A stretch of 63,432 nucleotides of DNA, filler included, from Asterionella formosa (GCA_002256025.1; 16 parts of 16 records of this genome joined end to end with filler, not necessarily neighbours in it), one strand, 5' to 3'. Numbered from the whole stretch's first letter, positions 49,930 to 62,979 are shown. Program-made: numbers and translations. Notes: generated from the letters alone by a model not told the origin.

Positions 49930-50740
49930 AATGAATGACTAAGTCCTATGGAGGTGCCCAGAAACGGTTGAGGAAAATGGCAAACACCTGGTTACCTGGG
50001 ACCTCACTTACCTTAGCTGAAAAAAACGCAATCAATGCAATCAATGTTATTCAGAATAGATGACACCGGACCATTCTGGATGACTGAAGCTGAACGAGAT
50101 CAAAAGCGCCATGACTTGGTACTGGAAGGGCAAACAATCACAAGACAATACACAAAGGATGAGCTCCTTAAACAACTAAGGCAAAGAGGAATGTTAGCAA
50201 AGGGTAAGAAGCAAGCAATACAGTCTAAGGCGCAAGAACACAACTTACCAAGAATTGAAGAGACTAAAGCAAAAGTTGTCGAAGGATGGGAAAATAAACC
50301 AAACGGTCTGTTGCGGATACTTTGGGAGCGTGGATTTATTGACGAATTGAGATTGGAGAACTACATGTTGAATGGAAAGCACGATGCATTTGGATTTGTG
50401 CAGAAAGATTTTTCTTTGAAGTCGCTGAAGGGAAACTGTCTTGATTTCGAGGAAGAGGAGACACTATTGCAGTCAATGGGAAAGGAAATGGGAGTACTTG
50501 TTGACCGAACGCCGAAATGTCACTGTGAACTTGCAGGAGAGGGAATCGAGTATTCTTGGAGTTGCGCCAAGAAAATTTTTACCGTCGGGTTTCTCTGAAG
50601 AGGAAAAGGGTAAAGAGAATTCAGGTCTGTGGTGTGAGAGAGCATGTCAACAGAAAAAGTGTTAACAACAAAAAGGATAAGACATTTTTCAAGGCGAGCA
50701 AGACAATATATATGTGCATACTTCAAGATTTGGAAAGATC
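49930..50740 (+). pseudogene. Decayed IS630/Tc1/mariner-like DDE transposase
   Basis: GWENKPNGLLRILWERGFID, CLDFEEEET, TPKCHCELAGEGIEYSWSCAK (P..H.EL..IE..W motif); a frameshift follows, then RIRHFSRRARQYICAY. Confidence 0.65.
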
Positions 50741-53589
50741 NNNNNNNNNNNNNNNNNNNNNNNNNNNNNNNNNNNNNNNNNNNNTTAATTAATTAANNNN
50801 NNNNNNNNNNNNNNNNNNNNNNNNNNNNNNNNNNNNNNNNATTCACGACGGGTACCAGTAGATGATCATCATTGGACATACCGGTACGCGTACCGCTCCT
50901 TGGGTGCACTTTCAAATATTTGCCGAGCCGCCGGGTCGTATACATGACCCATATTCGTCGATAGGAGTATACATTGTAGTACTGGTGTATGCACATGAAG
51001 CGATGTAGAACCTAAATATATATATATATTTATATATGTGTATATTAAACGATTTGAATATCTCGAACGGATTCAATGCATAGCATATAAAATCGTTAAT
51101 CGGAGTATAGAATGTCCATGAATACATGTTGATCGTATTTTTAGCATATATATACATACAGCGACTAAGAGTGTCAATATATATATTTAGCGATTTTGAC
51201 AAGGAATCTATGTACGTATTCGCAAATTTCCACTGATTCAAATATTTCAAATGGAATCACGTCATTCAAAAATAGCTAATTAAATTCTTAATTCCAGGGA
51301 ATTTTCGCAACCCTAAGCAATATTTTAATTTTTGCCTAGGGGTTCAAATGCAGCAACCTTAAAAAATAAAACACTTCTTTTATAGTGTACTGGTACAGAG
51401 GTGTCAGTACAACAGGTACATAAATTAGTATTTAACATACCGGTAGATTAATGACCCCGAGGGTCATTTTAGCTTACCCGGTATTCTGCTAAGCAAAATT
51501 CCGGAAATGGATTGAGAATTTTTCCCTTTCCACTCGTACCGACAAAATGTTGATACAAAAGCCTCCCAGACAAAAAGGAAAGTGAGAAAGTAACCTTGCT
51601 TACTGGTACCATGTTTCTGTCTCACGATCAACCCGCTATCATGAATGCATCTGTGTCGTTTTCGTACCCGATACCGGTAGTTGGAATACGGTTGCGTCTA
51701 CTACATTACCCCCGAACCTGGTACGTTCAGTTACAGCGCAGTCTGGGCGGTATATGCTAGTATAAATAGCCGGTACAAATACATTCATTGTAAACACAGT
51801 ACACAGCTACCTGGTACGGCTGTATTGTTGTTACATCGGGGTACATACATGTTGTACATAACGGCATACCTAATACAACATAGGACTAACTTCCAGTCTA
51901 TATATCAAGATTTGGGGAACCTCTTGTCTATCAAAATGTTTGATGCAGTTTTTGGGTTCATGGTAAGAACAGAAACTCTGAGGAGCTGGTTATGAAAGGA
52001 GAACATTTACAAATGGATTTCAATTCTTGCCAAGTCCACAACCCCAGAATGTATGCATAATGAAAATTGTTCCTTTGAGGAAGCAATATTTGTTTGTCAT
52101 GCATACTAGTAAAACAAGGAGACAAGATTTGATCAAATCAAAACATTTGAAAAAGTATTTGTTAATAGTGCAACAACTGGAAAGAAGTGGAAGCCAGAAG
52201 CAACTTGTATTCCAAAATACAAATTAAATACAAATAATTTTCTCCACAATTGGCAGCTTTGTCACAAGCAAAGAAAAACAACTATGCATTATGGAACATT
52301 GGATCCGCTAATTGATGTATTCCACATGCTACAAAGGGACCTGCTCTAGGGTCCACCCTTGGACATCCAATCAAATATCTTGATCTTGTCACCAACATGA
52401 CCTACTCTAGATTTGAGCGTCGTCATGCTGCTTCATTTGAAGTAGCTAGTGATTGTTTCACTGTGACATTGGTTTGGTCAACAGAACTACTCTGAAGATT
52501 TTCATAAGTTATTAAAAGATCCTGGAAGTATTCGTACATGGACTAGAAGAGTTATTTTAAGGGCTCAGTTTTCGGAGCATGTAAATATAATTTCACAAAA
52601 GGTTCCTGTTAAATGGTGGGCTGATATTGCCCAGAGTCAGTCATTACCATTGAGCTCCAAGTGGATAATGTTTTCAACATGGATGAGACTTTCATTCTTG
52701 TCTACCCTGGTTAAGACAAGGTACTTTTACTAGTTCTGATCAAGGCAGATATTATGTGGCTTGATGTCACAATGAAACAGACCGATCTTGGCCTCTGTAC
52801 CAGTATGAAGATGATGGATGGCATCAATAATCTCAGACATGATTTTAACTCGGATCTNNNNNNNNNNNNNNNNNNNNNNNNNNNNNNNNNNNNNNNNNNN
52901 NTTAATTAATTAANNNNNNNNNNNNNNNNNNNNNNNNNNNNNNNNNNNNNNNNNNNNGCAGTACTGGAGCGCGCTAGAGTGGCGCCATATATTTCAACAT
53001 ATATATCCGTCCAGGTTTTCGTGTTTCTCCCTACCAGTACGTAGCATCCTGTCACTGATGTGCACAGTCCATTATACCGTTCTACCGGTACCGTCATCAT
53101 CTGCTTCACTGGTATGTTTTCCAAGTTTAAAAAAAATGATTCCAGGTGGAAGCACATGAGGGAACGGAATCTTGGTTTCAGAATGCGAAGCAAAGCGTTT
53201 GGACCTGCACCTGCCCGCCTAAGGACGTATGCCCGACTCGATCTGCAGGATATTCTGGTACCGGTACTGTAACACTCGTGGTATGTATGTACTGTACCGG
53301 TACCAGGTACTACCGGTATCTACATCCCGATAGTCTGACAATGTTGACACATACGTACTTAGAAATAACTACACGTTTTAAGGTAATCAAGCTAACAACA
53401 TACTTTCGGAAGTAAATTCTAGATATTGTGAGTTAGATTAATCTGTACTATATTGACTTTGGGAGTCAAAGAGTAATCAAAACTGATGGCAGTTGACACA
53501 TTGGAACAAGTGTGGATATAATAAAATATATACCAGTAACTGCAGCAAAAGAACAATGGAAGCCAATGATGTGTGATGTCATAAAAGTT

Positions 53590-53830
53590 ACCATGAGATA
53601 TAATATCACACACACAGCGGTGTGTTTTGAATTGTTTGACAAGCTTGTTCTCAATGCTGATGGGTCGGCTTCATGTGTTGTTGGCTGTGTCAACTTTGGC
53701 GTCCATCCTGCTGTCATCTTGTTGTTTGTCAAGATCTTTCCAAACCGTGAAGTATGCAAATATATATTGTCTTGTTTGCCTTAGAAACTGCCTTGTCCTT
53801 TTTGTTATAAACACTTTGTCTGCCTGTTGA
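53590..53830 (-). pseudogene. C-terminal remnant of the same transposase family as 49930-50740
   Basis: ITKRTRQFLRQTRQYIFAYFTVWKD matches 50660-50740 at the nucleotide level; it is followed by KLVKQFKTHRC. Confidence 0.6.
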
Positions 53831-53841
53831 CATCGTCTGCA

Positions 53842-54970
53842 AATAAAAACTATCATATTTCCATAATTCATCATAGGATTGTGATCATCTGATCATAATT
53901 TTTCGTTATATCATCTAATAATTTTGATAAATGCCTTTGTAATTTAAATAGTACCGGTAACCCTTTTGACTACATATATTTAATAATTATATGTATTGTT
54001 TCTATTTGATTCCTGTATTCGAATTTCTTGGTAGGATAATGTACCAGTTCAAGTAATGTAATTTTGCTCGTCATTTCCATCCGTCATCACTCCGATTTTT
54101 GCAACAACAACGAAATACTAGCGATGACAAGCGGAATGAATGTTTGCGATAACGTGCGTCTTCAATTTTTTGGTCAAGTGATCTTTTTATCTTCGAGTAA
54201 TTGTCATGTGCAGTGAACCTTTGTTCATAATCATTCAATTAAGAGTTTACAGGAGAGAAGAAACCATTCGAAATCATAATGTTTCCGCACACAGCGCACA
54301 AAGTATATCTGTTTCGTCCACTTGAGCATGACAATTTCGCCAATCAACCCGAAAAGAAAAACATTCTACTTGTTCTCATTGACATTTTCAATTCTCACAT
54401 GATACTACATCTACCATTGAGATTCAGCATAGAAGGAGATACGAAAATGTGCGTAACAGACTACTGTCCACATAGCTATAGTTATAGAATGATTCTGATT
54501 AGAATGCATTTCATTTTCATATCGCTCACTCGTTTCTGCATTTGGTATACTGTACTTGAATTAACTATTGAACTTGTCCGCATCTTTGATACCATCAAGA
54601 GAGCGAAAGCAAGTGGCTCTTTTCATTGTTGTTTGCTCGTAGGAAGAATTTGATATCTGTATCGTCATTTGCTTGTTGGAATGGTCCGTTGCCTCAAACT
54701 TGCTTGGCGTGTGCGTTCACACACTGTCGACTTGTTTTCAATGGTATGATGTTCTTGTATTCACTGTTGAACTTGTCCGCATCTTTGATACCATCAATAG
54801 AGCGACAAGTGGGTCTCTTCATTGTTGTTTGCTCCTGGAAAAGTCGGTGTCCGTGTCCGTGTCCGTGTCATCCTCATCAATAGAGAGACAAGTTCTTTCG
54901 TTGGAAAAATTGGTACCATATCATCATTTGCTCGTTCGAACCACTGTCCGATGCCTAAAACCTGATAAGC
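53842..54970. repeat. Dispersed repeat of about 1.1 kb, copy 1, with internal sub-repeats
   Basis: Colinear with 57421-58560; internal TTGAACTTGTCCGCATCTTTGATACCATCAA duplication. Confidence 0.85.
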
Positions 54971-55147
54971 GTTNNNNNNNNNNNNNNNNNNNNNNNNNNN
55001 NNNNNNNNNNNNNNNNNTTAATTAATTAANNNNNNNNNNNNNNNNNNNNNNNNNNNNNNNNNNNNNNNNNNNNACAGTCTCACCTGATTTCTCATCGGCC
55101 GTAACCATGTCTCTAGACCTGTAGGTTCGTTTTAAAACGTGTTAAAT

Positions 55148-55642
55148 TGTCTAGTTGAAATATCACAGATCTTACTTTTAAGATCTCTAAAGCTGAAAAC
55201 TTATTTTCACTTTACACTTTGTAATATTGTGAGCTTTCTGTTAATAGTCTATCTAGTCTTGTTCCTGCCTGATTACTCATGTAATCCCGAACAAGACTTC
55301 TCACACTTTCCTTGATCCCGTCAAAATGATCTTGCTTACTTTGACAATAAGTGAGCATATTCATTTGACAATAAGTGAGCAGCACTTATTCTTTTGACAA
55401 TAAGTGAGCATCTGATTCACTTGTCAATAAGTAACATCTCCAGTCATTTGTCAATAAGTAAACATCTCCAATCCAGTCATTTGTCAATAAGTAAACATCT
55501 CCAGTCATTTGTCAATAAATGTCGAAATGTTTTGGGTCTTGGTTTCTAATCACTACTAAGAATATTGATTCTCGATTCGTTGGATTCCATATATCTTATC
55601 ACCCATTGACTTACAAAAATCGTACCATATTTCTATTAGACA
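55148..55642 (-). mobile_element. Probable LTR with an internal array of TTTG(A/T)CAATAAGT repeats
   Basis: TGTCTA...TAGACA ends; homologous to 30544-30913; about 7 repeat units at 55340-55520. Confidence 0.55.
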
Positions 55643-56950
55643 ACTAGTATACTAAATAAAATAGTATGATTCCTATTCGGTTTTTAGTTAGTATTAACCG
55701 AAATTTGAGCGATGTGTATATATATATATTAATCATTTTTAAAGCGCATTTTTAATAGTCTATTTTTAGGTTTGTCTTCTTTTCACAGATGGATAAAGTA
55801 GATATATATTTTATTCTGAAGATTTTTGATTGACATTGTTGGCCCTCCTGATATATTGTCCAGAGCAGCAACAGTTCATTGCAACTCCTTTTGCCAGGCA
55901 GAGGGAGAAAGAGCTTTCTTGGCTGGAAGGGGTCCTGCTGGTGCCATGGTTGATAACAAGCAGTGAATGACAGATGTTCATTTCCAACTGCCTCCAAAAA
56001 ACAATAGTGGAAACTGAGCTAACAAAATTGTCATAACTTGAATCTGATTTCTTTCCTCAATACCCAGAAAACCCTGCGATAAATAATATGTTGCCTGAGG
56101 TGACTGATTCTGGCATGGGTTGCTGGATCTACACAGATGAAAGAGAGCTATGAACGTGTGTGGTAGCTACTACTAGCAATGTTTGGTCAATTCAGATATG
56201 AAACCTGTTTTATATTCATTATTCATGGCAGCAATGCTGATGGTATAGTAACTTACAAATTAGTTGTCATTCTACTCTGAGTTCATTTTTTGGGCTACGT
56301 CTCTATCATCATTATTTTTAAAATAATGTAGTACTAGTATAAAATTTAATTGACAATTGTTACCAATAGTACCTGGTACAATTCTTGCATTCCACCACTG
56401 GTATACAAGTTTTTATGTGTGACTTGGTCTGTACTACTGGTACTGGTAGGCATATTTGAAGGGGATATCATTACTGTCAATCATGAATGAAAATGAATGT
56501 GTGCTGGCTGTGGTGTAAGTATGCTGCATGATGCAACTGCCAGTATGATACTGTACTAGGGTAGCAGTTTGTCTGCGTGTCTGTGAATTGAATTTGACGC
56601 TTGTCTGCTTCCCTTGTTGTCGTCGTGACCATTCGAATTTATGACCGCTGATAACAACAAGAAGAATGAATGATAAATGATGGCCTGCTTGGATAATCGT
56701 GAAAAGACCCGTGAGTAGGAAGGAAACGGTGGTAGGCAAAACCGGCCCATCAGTCATTTCAGGATCTGACATGAGAAGAAGCGCCTATTAAATTGTCAAT
56801 GTTCCAATCCAGAGCACACCAAACATTCGATCTTATACTAAATAATAAACATTCTACCATTATCGATAATCAGAAGTCCCGGTAGTCTACATCAGGGAAC
56901 TGTTCTCCTGATTTTTTACCCACCGTTGCATATTCAAAACTACGAAAAGA

Positions 56951-57089
56951 ATGAACAAGTCGCGCAAAGCAGTATTTGCCATTTCGCTGCTTTTGATTTC
57001 TTCCGCCGACGCCTTTTCTGCTCTGCCGTTCTGCACACGGCACATCCGGTCGAGCCATCTCGACGCTTCCATTCCAGAAAATGACTCTA
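56951..57089 (+). CDS. N-terminus of a plastid-targeted protein (truncated by contig end)
   Basis: MNKSRKAVFAISLLLISSADA-FSALP: signal peptide plus ASAF-type cleavage motif. Confidence 0.55.
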
Positions 57090-57189
57090 NNNNNNNNNNN
57101 NNNNNNNNNNNNNNNNNNNNNNNNNNNNNNNNNTTAATTAATTAANNNNNNNNNNNNNNNNNNNNNNNNNNNNNNNNNNNNNNNNNNNN

Positions 57190-57303
57190 TTCTTGTTGTT
57201 CTTGTTGTTCTTGTTGTTGTTGTTGTTGTTCTTGTTGTTGTTGTTGTTGTTGTTCTTGTTGTTCTTGTTGTTCTTGTTGTTCTTGTTGTTCTTGTTGTTC
57301 TTG
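57190..57303. repeat. (CTTGTTGTT)n/(GTT)n microsatellite
   Basis: Read directly at the contig start. Confidence 0.95.
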
Positions 57304-57420
57304 ATGTTGGGGATAGGGATAGGGATAGGTTCCGTGACGTCATCGGACACCAAAATAAATATGGTGTGTTGATTGAATATTGATGAAGTTATAGGGGAAT
57401 TACCTAGTATTTGGAACGTC

Positions 57421-58560
57421 TGCAAATAAAAACTAGCATATTTCCATGATGCATCATAAGATTGTGATCATCTGGTCATAATTTTTCGTTATATCATCTA
57501 ATAATTTTGATAAATGCCCTTGTAATTTAAATAGTAACCGTTTTGACTACATATATTTAATTTTTATATCGATTGTTTCTATTAGATTCCTGTATTCGAA
57601 TTTCTTAGTAAGATAATGTACCAGCTGAAGTAATGTATTTTGGCTCGTCATTTCCATCTGTCATCACTCTGATTTTTGCAACAACAACGAAATTCTAGCG
57701 ATGACAAGTGGAATGATTGTTTGCGATAACGACGTCTTCAATTGTTGGTCATGTGATCATTATATCTTTGAGTAATCGTCATGTGCAGTGAACCTTTGTT
57801 CATACTAATCATTCAATTAAGAGTTTACAGAGAAGAAATGATTGGAACTCGTAATGGTTCTGCACACAGCGCACATTGTGAATCCCTTTCGTCGACCACC
57901 AGCATTACAATCTCGCCAATCAACCCGTAAACAAACACATTCTACTTGTTCTCGTTGACATTTTCAATTCTCACATGATAGTACATCTAATATTGAGATT
58001 CAGCATAGAAGGAGATGCGAAAATGTAACAGACTGCTTCCACATCCACATAGCTATAGTTATAGAATGATTCTGATTACAATCTCGTTTTAATGTTGCTC
58101 ATTTCCGCATTTAGCATGCTGTACTTGTATTTACTATTGAACTTGTCCGCATCTTTGATACCATCAAGAGAACGAAAGCAAGTGGCTCTCTTCATTGTTG
58201 TTTGCTCGTAGGAAATATTTGATATTCGTATCGTCATTTGCTTGTTGGAACTGTCCATTGCCTCAAACCTGCTTGACGTGTGTGTACACACTGCCGACTT
58301 GTTTTAATTGGTATGTTGTTCTTGTATTCGTTTCACTGTTGAACTTGTCCGCATTTTTTTTACCATCAATAGAGCGACAATTGGCCTGGGTCTCTTCATT
58401 GTTGTTTGCTCCTGGAAAAGTCGGTGTTAGTGTCCGTGTCATCCTCATCAATAGAGGGACAAGTGTGCTTCATCATTGAGATTTACCGCTGGAATAATTG
58501 GTACCCGTGGTATCATCATTTGCTCATTGGAACCACTGTCCGTTGCCTCAAACCTGATTA
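57421..58560. repeat. Dispersed repeat of about 1.1 kb, copy 2
   Basis: Colinear with 53842-54970. Confidence 0.85.
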
Positions 58561-59304
58561 GCGTGTGTGTATAAGCACTGTCGACTTGTTTACATTACAG
58601 GAGTGACTTAGCTACTAAAGTGCGTGTTATAATATCATACTCCATAGTACGATGCAGAATACTACAGTTCCCAATCATCTCATCATGATTGATAAGATGA
58701 TAATGTGATATCACGATAGGTTTACATCGATGCATACATCACCAAAGTATGATCCGTAATATTGAATAAAGTATATCACATAGCTAGTGTGATACATTGA
58801 TCATAGAACTATGATGATTTCTTAAAATGTTTGTGATATAATTTTGATCAAAATATGATCATGTTCAAAATAATAATACAATGACAATAAAATATGATAA
58901 AATATGTACGCAAGTGTTATCAATGCATCATTGAAAATAAATTAATGAATCATAATTATGTTAGCTACTTAATATATAAATTCGACTTTTAATGTATACA
59001 GTGAAAGCCAACAGTTACTATGATAGTATTATACGGTGGATAGGATCAAAGTATACGGATGCATTGATATGTACATCACTATAATATGATTTGTGATATG
59101 GATTGATGCATATCACATACCGGTATCCTCAACAACCAGCCATCACGTTCATTGTTGTGTCGTTTTTCCTTGTTATAGCTATATATATATGCCGGCATGT
59201 GTATNNNNNNNNNNNNNNNNNNNNNNNNNNNNNNNNNNNNNNNNNNNNTTAATTAATTAANNNNNNNNNNNNNNNNNNNNNNNNNNNNNNNNNNNNNNNN
59301 NNNN

Positions 59305-61299
59305 ATTTCTGTAAACTTTTTCAGTACATTGTGATGTTTGGAAACATGTACCTGGACACCACACACACTATCGCCACACTTCCAGATGAGATCAATTGCA
59401 GGAAAATTGGAGTTTCGGGGAACATACATTCCATTTTCGTTCATGATTTCTGGCAACACATTGGAGGGAAAGGTACTCTTTGGGGGAAAAGTTTCAATGA
59501 GATTGCATTTCTTCAATGCCGAAAATCCTTTCAAAAAAGTAACATTTGCATTGGTTGAACAGTGCTTGATCACAAGAAATTCAAAAATCCGACCACGAGT
59601 GTCATTTGTTGTACTAAGATTGGCACAGACTAACAAAAGTGATGCCTCGTGTGTTTCGACATATTCCAGTATGTCCTCCCAAAAGAAGGTTTGATCTGCT
59701 ACCAACACCAAAGGATACAATGGCTCGTAGTGAGTGAACTCCTCCCTCTTGCCAGGAATTGAATACTTTCTGTCATAATACATGGCATGGCCTGTATTTG
59801 ACAAAATGCAACCAACTGCTGATGCTGTGATACCCTTATACTCCAATTCCGTTTTCGTGTCATGCAATTTTCCAAGAGAAAATAGAATTGAGCACAATTC
59901 ACCCTTTTCATAATTGGCAATTGAAAAGTTGAAGGAAATCAGATTCCTCACCTGTAAGGGCACCCCACCAGTCACCTTTAATATTTCTTTGCCGTTATTC
60001 CGTATAGCCACTTCATTAAAAGCAAGCTCTATTTCTGCCAAATTCATTTGGCAAGGGTGATCATACTCCACAAACCCTCGATGACTTTCCCTGTAGGCTA
60101 TCTCGTTGTTTGCGGAAGCTGAAATGATGGAGACAATGCGGTCTCCCTTCATTATGCTGTTGATGAGACGAAAAGAAAAGGGAAGAGTGCCCAGATCAAC
60201 AGATTTGTTTAGCTCTGGTCGAGCAAACAATCTGTTGATCTGATCGAAGACTAGGACCCATTTCTTGTTCATATCTTGAAGAATCAAGTCAATGGCATTG
60301 ACAAAAGTTTGCAGATCTCTTGAATTTTCGATATCATTTGAACAGATCTTCCACTTGAGAGCCGGTAAGGAAGTACCAAATGATCTACAGATTGCAGTGT
60401 ACAACTCGTTAACATCATTCCATTCTTGACAGTCTGGAATGAAAGTTACGAGGTACTTGCAGCTGCTGTTATATTGCAGGTTACGAACCAAGTTGACAAG
60501 TGAGTGCGACTTGCCAATTCCATGCGGTCCTTTGATCATGATTCCAGTCCGACGCTCTTTCTTGAAGGCATCTTCAACAACTTTCATCATTTCATTCACA
60601 ATTTTAGGGCGATATAAGATTCCCCTACTAACACTGTCGTCGAACCGCACCTGTTGGACATTTTCAATCCAGTAACTATCAGTTGGGGAAAAAGCGGGTA
60701 AAGTAGGATCAGAAAGAGGTAAGGTAGGGTCAGAAGGAGGTAAAGTAGGAATAGAAGGAATTTTTTTCGGATCAATCATGTAGATATGCATTGTCTTTGG
60801 AATTCTTCGGTCTTGCTGATCCGCCTCCAAGCGCTTGAAATGAACGTTGAGCTTCTCCTTTATAAGCAATATTAAGGACGAGGCTTCATCCTGCTCATCA
60901 TTTGGTTTCTGGCGTTTTGTCGCTCCTTGGCATTTCCAACAGTAGCGTGAGTATTAGGAGCTGTGACCTACAATACAATAGAAGGTATTCCATGAGATCA
61001 AAACACGTACCAATATCAGGTGCAACAATCACGAACGCATTCTTGCTGCTAGTTCCCCAATTCAGATGAACAACCAGACCTCCAGGATTCAAGGTTGGAT
61101 CATCAGCTCCCTCAGGAACCGGCACTTGAGTTCCAGTTGGGTACACACGGAGCTGCGCTGAGGAAACACCTTGAAGATTGTCACCACATTTGATCTTCAC
61201 AGCTTCCATCAAGTCAGCAATGACATCATTCTTCTTCAACGTGACATAAACTGGCAATAGTCCTGCGTTTCCAAGAAACAACTGGAACCAAACCTTCAT
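59305..61299 (-). CDS. Crinkler (CRN/CR)-type protein: ubiquitin-like header + P-loop NTPase + PD-(D/E)xK-like nuclease (exons 61299-61011 and 60925-<59305)
   Basis: Header MKVWFQLF...VIADLMEAVKIK...AQLRVYP...AFVIVAP. An 85-bp intron (GTACGT donor, CTAAT branch, AAG acceptor) joins it in frame to GATKRQKP. Walker A IKGPHGIGKS, Walker B VLVFDQIN; RGRIFEFLV and NFPAIDLIW...GVQVHVS. Confidence 0.75.
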
Positions 61300-61419
61300 T
61301 GTTTTCTAACTGATGGTGGNNNNNNNNNNNNNNNNNNNNNNNNNNNNNNNNNNNNNNNNNNNNTTAATTAATTAANNNNNNNNNNNNNNNNNNNNNNNNN
61401 NNNNNNNNNNNNNNNNNNN

Positions 61420-61973
61420 TGCCTGGCAACAAAAGGCATAACGAAATGGTTGAACACGAGCAACAAAAGGAGAAGTACGACATGAAACAGCAAACCAGTG
61501 ACGATGAACACAATGCTCGTTTTGAAGAGCTCCAGGCCATGAAGCGAATCGAACACGATCAACGTGAAAAATCAATTCCTAGATTTTCTAGAATGTTGCC
61601 GAAGGGACCTCCTGTGAGCAAACCAGCGTCTGTGGACGACGAGAAGGATGAATCGTCCTTGTCATTGAACTCGTCGCTTGCTTCAATGGAGGAAAGCTTC
61701 CGTGGACTTGAAAGAGCCACCCAGAAATCTTTTCGCCGAAGCGCCCAAGATGTTCAAGATACCGAAGAATTAGAGGCAGACGATAAAGTTGGAAGTGATG
61801 TAACCCCCAAAGTTGACCTGGACTCCCTTCAAGCAAGTGCCGCTCCTCCGGCGTTCCGTCGAAAACCATTAGTTGCACAGAAAAATGGACCTGGAGACTC
61901 GCCCAAAGGTCCAAGCAGGTCCATGTCTGCGATGCCAAGTCTTGGTGAAAATTCGGGTCCTTTTCAGAATTAA
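61420..61973 (+). CDS. 3' part of a hypothetical low-complexity protein
   Basis: 175-aa open frame extending to the contig start; charged and Ser-rich; no domain recognised. Confidence 0.5.
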
Positions 61974-62598
61974 CGAATGGTGCGAATGCCTAGATGATCA
62001 GGATTTATGGATTTTTGATTACCTGTTGCTGAAGGTAGATTAATGTCATGTCCGAGGATAACGTAACGCATCTATTTTGTCCAATGAAACCAGCATACGA
62101 TATACCATCGAGACTACAAGTCGCTAATTTCAATGCCCAAACAATTGAATAGTAACATAGACCCTACGTCAAGTTCAAGACCATTAGTTATGAAGGTTCG
62201 CCAAGCCACCACGAGAAATCGTGCTGGCGTTGTACCAGGTACCATATCTAAGTTCCTACCGGTGTGTCGTTTTAAAGGACAACGTATGGGAAGCAAGAAA
62301 TCGTCGTAGAAGATCAAGGGGAGAAATGTATTTAATTTAGCTCGAAGGAACCGTTACTTTAAGTGCTCCTGTGTGGTGGACGTATTCCGTCTTGCTACAT
62401 GTAGACCGACCTGATCGTCATCTAATAAGCATCCTACTTCATTGAGTTAGCATTTCCATGAGTTTTACAATTTCCGCGCAATGATTTAGAAAACAATAGG
62501 GACCTGCACAATAATCGAACACTCAGTACCAATACAGAAATCCAGACTAAAAGTTCCGCAAATCGATGCCGCGATAATTGTATTTGCCTTTCGCATTT

Positions 62599-62979
62599 TC
62601 ATTCCCAGTCTAGGTCCCCCGTGTCCTTTTCCCTGACAACGACATGAAGTGGTTTTGCCCGTTGAATCCCGAGAAAGGCCATGACGTCAAGTTGTTTTGA
62701 GTGAGGTAAGAGCTTCAACTCCGCTGGAATTTCGCATTCGTCACAATCTTCTCCACACGTCTCCCCCGTAGACAAGTCCCAGGATGGCGCCTCATCGTCA
62801 ACTCGAAATATTGAGAAATCCATGGGATTTTGCACAAATACACGTTCTAACTTTCGTCGATGTGAATCAAGTTCACTGTCGCTTTTCATTTTCAGTGATA
62901 TAGCACCTAGTCTCAGTTTCGTCTCACACACCCATGAAGCTGTTAGTGAAGGGAGTAGGAGAAGAAGCCCTTTCGTCAT
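62599..62979 (-). CDS. Small hypothetical plastid-targeted protein with a CxxxCxxC motif
   Basis: MTKGLLLLLPSLTAS-W signal peptide; ETCGEDCDECEIP; LDVMAFLGIQRAKPL. Confidence 0.6.
   Translation of the reverse strand: MTKGLLLLLPSLTASWVCETKLRLGAISLKMKSDSELDSHRRKLERVFVQNPMDFSIFRVDDEAPSWDLSTGETCGEDCDECEIPAELKLLPHSKQLDVMAFLGIQRAKPLHVVVREKDTGDLDWE

Noticed and set aside
55340..55520. CRISPR-like repeat array
   Set aside because: Spacers are short, similar to each other and irregular; there are no cas genes; the array lies within an LTR-like repeat in a eukaryote.
57134..57425. Asn/Lys- or Thr/Arg-rich ORFs
   Set aside because: Microsatellite translations running into the N gap.
60961..61010. Alternative 50-bp intron for the CRN gene using the CAG at 60961-60963
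   Set aside because: It leads to a stop after about 30 codons and lies upstream of the CTAAT branch motif, whereas the acceptor at 60926 keeps the frame.
31658..61419. Regularly spaced TTAATTAATTAA palindromes resembling an array
   Set aside because: Each sits in the middle of N runs between length-sorted contigs; it is an assembly linker.
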